Source of the DNA: Candidatus Obscuribacteraceae bacterium
GTDB taxonomy: Bacteria > Cyanobacteriota > Vampirovibrionia > Obscuribacterales > Obscuribacteraceae
Length of the DNA: 64,000 nucleotides
Reading direction: 5' to 3'
Assembly: GCA_044229845.1 (NCBI GenBank)
Contig: JBGASG010000014.1
Span: forward strand, 9,047 to 73,046
Shown: positions 56,599-64,000 of the stretch, in pieces
Layout of the letters: the number at the start of each line of letters is the position of its first letter
Numbering within the stretch: position 1 is the first letter of the stretch
The notes under the pieces: model-generated
Seen by the model: the letters and a program-made list of their open reading frames with translations, nothing else
What the model was told of the DNA's origin: nothing
Database searches by the model: none
Translations under genes and position numbers: made by a program

Positions 56599-59063
56599 TG
56601 AAGCGGTTTGCTCGTTTGCCTATACTTCTGGATATCCAGGTCAATTCCCACTCGCAGTTGGGCGATACTAGGTGAACTAGACGGCGCGTTTTGCACCAGC
56701 GAAGATGCTTGACTGAGGAATAAATCCGCTTCCGACTTTCGACTTTCGGCCTTGAAGACGCAGGATGTCCGAAAGTACCCAGGTGCACTGTGCAAGTTCT
56801 GGAGTATGTGACTCACCGTTGGAGAGAAGATGGATGCATTTTCGTGCAGCAACTTCGGCGGTTCTGTAGTCCTTAGGCTGGACGGCTGAACCTATTTCTG
56901 AATTGAGATCCAAGATCTTAGCGTGTAAGGCACTTTCAACAATTTGTTTCTCCAAGTCCGCATGAGCGGTGCTTTTGGAAGTGCTGGCGATGATCTTGCG
57001 GGCCCGACGGAATGCGCTTTCGGCCTCTAAATATTTTTGCTGTCCACTCAGCGCATTACCAAGCATCCAGTATGCATTGGCACGGTCCACCGGCGATGTC
57101 GGCGAGCCTTTGCTAAGCCATAACGCTTCTTGTGAAAAAGCGCGTTCTGCAGCGGCATAGTTTCCTGCCAAGAATCTTGATTGTCCCACTGCACGATATG
57201 CCTCTGTCAGGCGCGGCACGTCCGGCTTCGTTTGCGTCCTTAAAGCGCTAACATAGTCATCGTATGATACCGCTGCTTTCTGATAGTCTTTTGCACGAAG
57301 GTAGCAATCTGCAATGCCTCGCTTCAACTCCAACCCTTGCTCAATTCCTGGCGATGTCATAGAAAGTTGCATCTCCATGTAATGAGCGGCGAGTGTCTCC
57401 TTACCAGCGCTGCGAGCCGTTGCTGCGGCGATATTTAGGTATTCGACGCGTTTCAGCTCCCTCGCATCGCGCACGGCCGCATCAGCATATTTCTGTGATT
57501 CTATCCAGCGATTGTTTCTGGCGCAAAGGCTGGCCACAGCTAAGAGAGTCTCCGCTTGCGTAGATTTATCGCCAACATGTGCAAGAGCCAATAGCGCCTG
57601 CTGAGCCTTGTCCCCATCGCCAGCGCTCTCGAGCGCCGCACTCAGTTCTTGCGCAGTTCGTACCGCGCCTGAGGGCTCCAGCATTGCATAGTCCTGCAGC
57701 GCTGATGCGCTCACTCTAAAGAGTCCGGCATCTAACTGCTTTGCCGAAGCCAACCGCAGAAGATCCGAAAATGCCTTGTCGAAATAATTGCGAGCCAGCT
57801 TGCGACGATTCTGTTTTACCGCTGCCTCAGCGAGAAGTACGAAGCTCCGCGCTCGTTCAGCTCCAGCACTTGAGTCGTCAACCAGCTGAGCCGCCTCCTG
57901 AAACAGTTGCTCTGCGGCCTGCTCGTCCCGATGTGTATGCCGAATCTCGGCAAGGACCATCGCAGCGTCCAACTTATCGCGACCATGACCAAATTGGTAA
58001 AGCAGACTTGCCTGTAGTCCCTTCCAATCAGAGATTCATTGGCACGGAGAGCCATCGCTCCGAGGAAAGCGATCGCGATAGCGACTATCGCTCCAGTCAC
58101 AAGAGAAATCTTCAGCGGCAGGCGTTGCGACTTGTTTTTTCTGCGCTTCGGCACAGCGACTTTCATATCTGGCGAAGCAACAAATTTGGTCAAGGCCTCA
58201 GTTATGTCCGCAAAGGACTCGTACCGATCACCTCTGTCCTTTGACAGGGCGATGAAGGTGATCGCTTCTAAAGCCTCCGGCACTTCTCGCTCTGGCGCGA
58301 ATGGCAGTGCGTCTTCTTCCAATTGTTTTTGCATGATGGCAACGGGATCGGCCGCGTTAAAAGGTATCATTCCCGTCAGCAGCTCATACATGAGGCAGCC
58401 GAAAGAATACACGTCAGAACGCTCATCCAGCAGATCGCCTCTACACTGCTCAGGACTCATGTAGCGGGGGTCTCCTACAACCTCGCCAGTGCGAGTGAGC
58501 CGCTGCCCTGGAATGCCGTCTACAAGCTTGGAGAGCCCGAAGTCGATAACCTTTGCGACAGGGGGACTACCCGGTTCATCGATGATCATGACATTGTCTG
58601 GTTTCAAGTCTCGATGCAATACGCCATTGGCATGAGCGTGCGCCATGGCAGAGCAGATCTGTAGAAGCAAATGAACTGCCTCAGAATGCGGAATCGCTCC
58701 TCGTGCATCAATCACGAGCCAAGCGACCGCCCCCGCACAAATTCCATTGCCAAATAGACAAGCCCGTCGACGCCACCAAACGAATACATGGCGAGAATGT
58801 TTGGATGATGCAAGCTTGAGATGATTTGCGCTTCCCGCTGAAATCGTTTTACAGCATCAACATTGGAGCAGTAACGAGGATGCAGAACCTTGATGGCGGT
58901 ATCTCTACCGACTTCGAGATGCCTGGCTTTATACAACTGCGCCCATACCACCGCACCCTAGATAGGCGATGATCTCGTAGCGTTCATCCAATACTGCACC
59001 CGACTGCAGCGGCGAGAACTGCCGCGGTTGTAGTTGTTCAGTTAAGGAATCTCTTTGAGTCAT
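56595..59063 (-). pseudogene. Ser/Thr protein kinase-TM-TPR gene disrupted by four frameshifts
   Basis: Pieces in different frames: RYEIIAYLGCGGMG / YKA..AIKVL..RFQREA..HPNI / HRDLKPDN, DFG, YMSPEQ, SDVYSFG, TM / TPRs; shifts near 58934, 58716, ~58030 and a 7-bp duplication at 56733-56746. Confidence 0.85.
56733..56746. repeat. 7-bp tandem duplication CGACTTT x2
   Basis: Read directly; removing one copy restores LQGRKSEADLFLSQA...PLH-stop on the minus strand. Confidence 0.85.
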
Positions 59064-59173
59064 TCAGGAGCCCGAGACTAAATATCCACCTTTATTCCCG
59101 TCATCTGGACGTTGATAGCATGTAGTATTTACCGAATCGTTCGTCGTAGGTGGCTGATTCTCCCGAGGATTAA

Positions 59174-60328
59174 ATGCGTCAACTGGCAACTATCTTGATA
59201 TTTGCGGCGATTCTCACGAGTTTCTGGTCGACCGGTCCGCTGCAGGCGCAAAGTAACGTTCCGACCATGGTGAATAACCCGCAAAAGACCTGGGTCTTTA
59301 TCGTTGGGGTTCTGGAATGGCAGAAAGGTGCAGGGCTCAAATCCTTCTCGGTCAAGAACCGCCGCGACCAGGGGCTGCGCGACTGGTTTGTCCAAGCAGG
59401 CGTACCCTCCGACCATATTGTCTATTTATCAGATTCGGCTGCCACCTTGAGAGCAATCCGCTCGAGTCTCGACGTGATGATGGAGAAAACTCAAGCCGGA
59501 GATACATTTTTCTCCTATTACTGCGGACACGGCTGGGTCACCGACGGCAAGGCGTATTACGGCAATTATGATTGCAGCGATGATCCCAGCACTTATTGGA
59601 GCGTCAAGTCGTACGCGAAAAATGTTGCTGAAAAGTTCAAGGGGTCTAAAGCAATCTTCACCGCGGATTGCTGCCACTCTGGAGCACTAGGAGAGGAACT
59701 CTCAAAAGCCAACCCACCTTTTGCTTATGGGGTTGTGACGTCAGCCATGTCTGCAATTTCGTCAACCGGCAATTGGACTTTTACTCAGTCGATTCTGGAC
59801 TGCCTAACCGGACATCGCTATGCCGACTTCAATAGCGATGGCACCATCACATTCGACGAGATGTGCCGATACGTTAACGCAGAAATGTCCGCACTCGAAC
59901 GCCAAAAAGCATTCGCCACGCGCAACATTAGTTTCTCCGCCGAAACGGTGGTGGCGCAAGTAGCATTCCCCGAAGAAACTCTACCCGAGCGCGCTGAAGT
60001 GAAGTGGCAGGAGAAGTGGTATCCGGCCAAAATTCTGGACCGCAAAGACGGACAGTCAAAAGTGCGGTGGGTAACCATCGGATGGGACACTGCCGCCAGT
60101 GATGAATGGGTGGACGATAGCCGAATCCGCAAGGGTGCACCCGCGAACGAAGAACTGCCTGTATCTACATCGGCTCAATGGGCTCCTGGTGCCAAAGTAA
60201 AAGTGAAGTGGGGCGACGACTGGTACGCCGCTGTGGTCAGAAAGTATTCCAACGGACAGTACTTTGTGCACTACGAGGGCTATGAGTCCTCCGATGACGA
60301 GTGGGTAGAGCCCTCCGCCATTAAATGA
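59174..60328 (+). CDS. Secreted caspase-like (clan CD) peptidase with two C-terminal Tudor/Agenet-like repeats
   Basis: Signal peptide; YYCGHG and ADCCHSG dyad motifs; DFNSDGTITFDE EF-hand-like loop; VKW..KWYPAKI...SDEWV and VKW..DWYAAVV...YFVHYEGY..DDEWV. Confidence 0.85.
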   Translation: MRQLATILIFAAILTSFWSTGPLQAQSNVPTMVNNPQKTWVFIVGVLEWQKGAGLKSFSVKNRRDQGLRDWFVQAGVPSDHIVYLSDSAATLRAIRSSLDVMMEKTQAGDTFFSYYCGHGWVTDGKAYYGNYDCSDDPSTYWSVKSYAKNVAEKFKGSKAIFTADCCHSGALGEELSKANPPFAYGVVTSAMSAISSTGNWTFTQSILDCLTGHRYADFNSDGTITFDEMCRYVNAEMSALERQKAFATRNISFSAETVVAQVAFPEETLPERAEVKWQEKWYPAKILDRKDGQSKVRWVTIGWDTAASDEWVDDSRIRKGAPANEELPVSTSAQWAPGAKVKVKWGDDWYAAVVRKYSNGQYFVHYEGYESSDDEWVEPSAIK

Positions 60329-60346
60329 ACGTGAGAGGGCTCAGCG

Positions 60347-60967
60347 CTATCTGTACGAACGGCGCGTAGCGCGACGATAATCGTTGTCGAGACTTCTTCT
60401 GAGGTCTGCGATTTGTCGCGAGAGCCTGCGCTGTTCTCTAGGAGAGATGTATGGACTGGAAGCGTTCAGATGTGCCTCGAGAGCATTAATCTGATTGATT
60501 TTCGCCTGAATCTGGGCACCATTCGAGGGGCGGATTCGACGATTTTGAATATCTAGATTCAGTTGATCCTGCCAGGAATTCGTATAGGGTGGCACATACG
60601 GAGCAGCGGCAACGGGGATCGGTCGATTGACACCATTGTTCAGCATAGTCATAAGCATCGAGCTGACGTTGTCCAATTGGGCTTGCAATCCTTGGAGCTC
60701 TTGGACGGTATATCCATCGGTGTTTGCAGCATTGCGCATGGATTCGATGCGATTGAGCTCGGCGCGCAAGGCAGCCTCTTCTTCGGCGGTCAGTTGATTC
60801 GTACCAGCTCCTGTAGTCACTTGCGTTGACAACTCATGGAGCCGAGTACTAACTACCGAGGCCTCCAAATTCGATACCGTTTGTGCGGAAACCGGCGCCA
60901 CTGCCACCAAATACACCAGCAACGATGCACAAGCAGCTGTCCGACCCATTTTTCCTGTGCTCTTCAT
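60347..60967 (-). CDS. Secreted helical hypothetical protein
   Basis: Signal-peptide-like N-terminus ending VSA-Q; QLTAEEEAALRAELNRI and ISPREQRRLSRQI helical repeats. Confidence 0.75.
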   Translation of the reverse strand: MKSTGKMGRTAACASLLVYLVAVAPVSAQTVSNLEASVVSTRLHELSTQVTTGAGTNQLTAEEEAALRAELNRIESMRNAANTDGYTVQELQGLQAQLDNVSSMLMTMLNNGVNRPIPVAAAPYVPPYTNSWQDQLNLDIQNRRIRPSNGAQIQAKINQINALEAHLNASSPYISPREQRRLSRQIADLRRSLDNDYRRATRRSYR

Positions 60968-61206
60968 AGAATCCCCCTTGCCATAGACGGCTTAGGTTCA
61001 ACGACGTTTGTAAAGCTCAAGAGTTCCTAGCTGTGGTATCAGGAGGAAGGGCGCTACGCGTCGGAGGAAGAAGCCTTCGATCGTGCACTGGCAGTCGATC
61101 CATCCAGAGAATGTCGACGCCAATCAAAAGAAAATGCTTCACCAACTACCCGCGCAAGGATTTGTTCGTGCCGACAGCATACCCGCGCCCTTGTTGCATG
61201 GGCGGG

Positions 61207-61431
61207 TGGATAAGCATTGGATGGGACACCGCAGCCAGCGATGAATGGGTGGATGATAGCCGCGTGCGTAAAGGTGCGGCCAGCCAACGAGGATTTGCGT
61301 TGCCTGCGCTGATCCCTGCTAGATGGGCACTCGGTGCCAAAGTACAAGTGAAATGGGGCGACGCCTGGTACGCGGCTGTAGTCAAAAAATACTCAAACGA
61401 GAATATTTTGTGCACTACGAAGGCCATGATT
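61207..61431 (+). pseudogene. Degenerate copy of the Tudor/Agenet-coding 3' end of the caspase-like gene
   Basis: WISIGWDTAASDEWVDDSRVRKGA vs WVTIGWDTAASDEWVDDSRIRKGA (from 60068); frameshift after KYSN hides YFVHYEGH. Confidence 0.85.
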
Positions 61432-61469
61432 TGATTTAACGCTCAGAAGCCCGTTGCCAAGGAGCCACA

Positions 61470-62504
61470 ATGTGTCTCCACTCATGCGCGCAACCTTGGC
61501 TACAGTTAGACTTTCGGCACTTTGCTTGTGGGGGATCTTTGCCGCCAGCCCAGATTAGTATTGTCGTGCCTGTTTACAACGAGGTACCAGCCAATCTCGC
61601 TGCCTTGCTACAAAGGTTGGCTATAACTTTAGACCCTTTGGCTCTCCCTTACGAGGTAGTTTTCGTAGATGATGGCAGCCTGGCAACGACCGCCGACTAC
61701 TTGAAAGAGTGCGCAGCCGCCCATACTCATGTCCGCTTGGTCGTCCTCAGTCGCAATTTCGGCGAACAGGCTGCCATCATCGCCGGGCTCTCACATGCCC
61801 GCGGTGCAGCCATCATCAACATGGACTCAGATTTACAGGATCCACCCGAACTTCTGCCCACCATGATCCAATATTGGCGAGAAGGCAACGACATTGTCTT
61901 TACTCGTCAAACAGAGCGCAGCGACGCCTTCGTCCGCAGACTAGCAACCGAGCTGTATTACTGGATTCTCAACAAAAGCTCGCCCGTGACTATTTCGCAT
62001 GCTGGTGAATTCCGTCTACTCAGCAAACGCGCCGCCCAGGCGGTAATCGGCATCGCTGACTCTTCGCCGTTTTTGCGTTCTTTGGTCCCATGGGTGGGGT
62101 TCAAGCAAGTGGTGATTCCATTCAAACGTGACCGACGCACGCAGGGCAACAGCAGCTACTCCTTCGCTAAGCTATTCAGAGTCGGCTTGTCTGGTCTCTT
62201 CTCGTCCAATCCTTTCGTAGTGCTGGCAGTGCCGGTTTTCGGCTCGTTCCTGATCGTAGTCGCCACCGTGATCGCGCTGCTCTATTGGCACAACAGCATC
62301 ACGGTCGCATTGATCTCACTTCTGGTTGGTTTCATCAATCTGCTGTCCACGTTCTCGCTTACTCTATACCTCGGCTTTGTGGTCATCGAATTGCGCAAGC
62401 GCCCGCTCTATATTGTGGCAGCGGTAGTTGAAAGAAATGCTCAGCTTGATCTGGTATCCAGCACCACCCCTGGTACCAAGAATTCCGAATGGCAAGCACG
62501 CTGA
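61470..62504 (+). CDS. GtrB/ArnC-like polyprenyl-phosphate glycosyltransferase (GT2)
   Basis: ISIVVPVYNE, FVDDGS, LSRNFGEQAA, MDSDLQDPP, GEFRLL, WVGFKQ, two TMs, RPLYIV; start may be TTG 61539. Confidence 0.9.
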   Translation: MCLHSCAQPWLQLDFRHFACGGSLPPAQISIVVPVYNEVPANLAALLQRLAITLDPLALPYEVVFVDDGSLATTADYLKECAAAHTHVRLVVLSRNFGEQAAIIAGLSHARGAAIINMDSDLQDPPELLPTMIQYWREGNDIVFTRQTERSDAFVRRLATELYYWILNKSSPVTISHAGEFRLLSKRAAQAVIGIADSSPFLRSLVPWVGFKQVVIPFKRDRRTQGNSSYSFAKLFRVGLSGLFSSNPFVVLAVPVFGSFLIVVATVIALLYWHNSITVALISLLVGFINLLSTFSLTLYLGFVVIELRKRPLYIVAAVVERNAQLDLVSSTTPGTKNSEWQAR

Positions 62505-63251
62505 TTAGACTCGCTTGCGTGCTACAGCCAAAATTCCGATTCCGAGGGGACAATTGATGCCGGCGGAAATCAGACTCTTTTCGACGCCACAAAAGGCTTT
62601 CATTGCTTCGTTGATAATCGGGTTGGTTTCACCAATAGCCGACTTACCACGTTGCTGATCGACTGGATTGCCATCGTCCAGTCTGGCTTTCACCCAAGCC
62701 GGAAAAAAGAGCCCCCACTGGCAATGAGTGATACGCAAAATTTCAAACTGGCTCGCGATCAACTTTTCACGCAACTCGATTTCAGTGTACCGTCTGGCAG
62801 ATTGAACGCAGCGGTCGTGATTGGAAAAGAGGCGCGGGTTGGCTGGCACGCGTATGACGAACAGTCCTCCATCCTTGAGGACACGACTGATTTCTTGCAG
62901 CGCGCGAAGATCATCGCGGACGTGCTGATGGTAGATGACATCGACACTGACAGCCATGTCGAAGTGATTGTTGGTAAAGGGCATTGACTCAACCGAACTG
63001 TCGACGATATGCACACCTCGTTCCGCTGAGATACGCAGCGCCTCCGGTGCTACATCGACGCCCGTGACACGTCCGTACTTCTCAAGTTTCTTCGCTAAGC
63101 TGCCTGTGCCGCACCCGGCGTCAAGAATCTCCAACTTGTCCGAGGGATTACTGAACTCTTCAATGAAATGGAGAATCAGATCGTGTACTGCGACATAGTA
63201 AAAGTGTTTCTCTTCGTGGTCTGCGATGTTCTGGTATTCAGCTGTTTCCAC
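62505..63251 (-). CDS. Class I SAM-dependent methyltransferase (same family as 24328..25107)
   Basis: EEKHFYY, LDAGCGTG, DVIYH, VPANPRLFSNHD...RRY. Confidence 0.9.
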   Translation of the reverse strand: METAEYQNIADHEEKHFYYVAVHDLILHFIEEFSNPSDKLEILDAGCGTGSLAKKLEKYGRVTGVDVAPEALRISAERGVHIVDSSVESMPFTNNHFDMAVSVDVIYHQHVRDDLRALQEISRVLKDGGLFVIRVPANPRLFSNHDRCVQSARRYTEIELREKLIASQFEILRITHCQWGLFFPAWVKARLDDGNPVDQQRGKSAIGETNPIINEAMKAFCGVEKSLISAGINCPLGIGILAVARKRV

Positions 63252-63293
63252 CGCTCTGTCCTAGTTGGTGATATGCGCCCAATCAAATTACCA

Positions 63294-63998
63294 TCAAGGG
63301 TACCATTGCCTTGCTACAGACTTCGAGACGCCAAATTGCGTGTCATCCCTCTCCGCAAGATGACGAAGAGCCATGGAACTCGGGATCGGGAGCACCAATC
63401 CTGACTGCGGCACCAGTCCATACAAACTGTCAAAAGGCAGTTTTGCTACTTCTCGTCCGTTTCGGCGGTCTACGAGGCAACCAGGTTCGACAACAAGGTA
63501 ATCAGACAGCACTGTGCCGTGCAAAGACTTTCCGGTCGCCACCTGCATCATTGCTTCGAAGTCCCAAGTACCGTCAAAGACAGGAGCCCAAAGGCAATAT
63601 CGAGGGCAGTTAAGCAACAAAACACCGTCACCGTCCCTGAAGACCGAAGCATGTCTACGGGCGATCTCAAACACTCGTCGCTGCACGATCGTAGAGGCCA
63701 TCCAGGGCCGAGACAGCACAATATCAGCTAAAGAGAAGAGCGCCAAGAGTCCGGTCAAGATGCCGACAATCAACACGTGTGCAAATTTGCCGGAACGGAA
63801 CTGCCCCCAGGGAAACTGAGAAATGAACCGGATTAGCGGCCGTCTGATGGCAAATGTGATGGCTGCGATCACGATCGAACCGCCGACACTTGCTCCGAGA
63901 TTGACCCGGTTAATAGGAGTTAAAAGCAGGGGAGCATACTCGGGATTCAATCCGTAAACGACAAGGGAGACTGTTGCAAACAAAAATCCGAGTGCGAT
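63294..63998 (-). CDS. C-terminal part of a membrane protein, probably GT-C-like; 5' end outside window
   Basis: Frame open to window end; TM segments around NRVNLG followed by a soluble domain (LLLNCP), laid out like the end of the TM region of 51222..53564. Confidence 0.6.
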   Translation of the reverse strand: MALGFLFATVSLVVYGLNPEYAPLLLTPINRVNLGASVGGSIVIAAITFAIRRPLIRFISQFPWGQFRSGKFAHVLIVGILTGLLALFSLADIVLSRPWMASTIVQRRVFEIARRHASVFRDGDGVLLLNCPRYCLWAPVFDGTWDFEAMMQVATGKSLHGTVLSDYLVVEPGCLVDRRNGREVAKLPFDSLYGLVPQSGLVLPIPSSMALRHLAERDDTQFGVSKSVARQWYP

Positions 63999-64000
63999 CA

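Noticed and set aside
11914..58076. Cyanobacterial HIP1 (GCGATCGC) enrichment
   Set aside because: Only a handful of copies noticed (near 11914, 11939, 14806, 58069), too few to claim enrichment without a count
56677..58951. Three separate genes or programmed frameshifting in the kinase region
   Set aside because: The pieces join into one colinear kinase-TM-TPR protein; four shifts with no obvious slippery sites fit decay or error better

Overview
Bacterial window dominated by a very large cell-surface glycan biosynthesis and modification region (about 1-56.6 kb, continuing at 61.5-64 kb). It carries nucleotide-sugar enzymes (an SDR epimerase, GDP-fucose synthase, a WecE/WecD-like pair), a legionaminic-acid-type (nonulosonate) pathway with a WbuX/HisH/HisF-like amidination module, a Wzm/Wzt ABC exporter, GT2/GT4 glycosyltransferases, six SAM methyltransferase domains and several acyltransferase types (AT3, left-handed beta-helix, GNAT, MBOAT+SGNH). 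Most unusual: (i) a 67-aa single-TM microprotein ending in FIYAAF coupled to a DltD-like SGNH protein, resembling the DltX acyl shuttle; (ii) five diverged paralogues of a ~570-aa polytopic membrane protein plus three more GT-C-like genes, alongside three polyprenyl-phosphate-sugar-synthase-like GT2s each linked to a methyltransferase; (iii) an IS3 OrfA-like HTH inside a gene between two GT2s; (iv) a secreted caspase-like protease with Tudor/Agenet-like repeats. An IS1182-family element with a CTAG target duplication sits at the neuA-like stop codon. Several pseudogenes are present (four-times frameshifted Ser/Thr kinase-TPR, Maf-like fragment, GT2 fragment, Agenet fragment). No rRNA, tRNA or CRISPR array was recognised. 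The gene style suggests a non-photosynthetic cyanobacterial relative (Vampirovibrionia/Obscuribacterales-like), but that is inference only. All family calls come from motif reading by eye; no database search was run.
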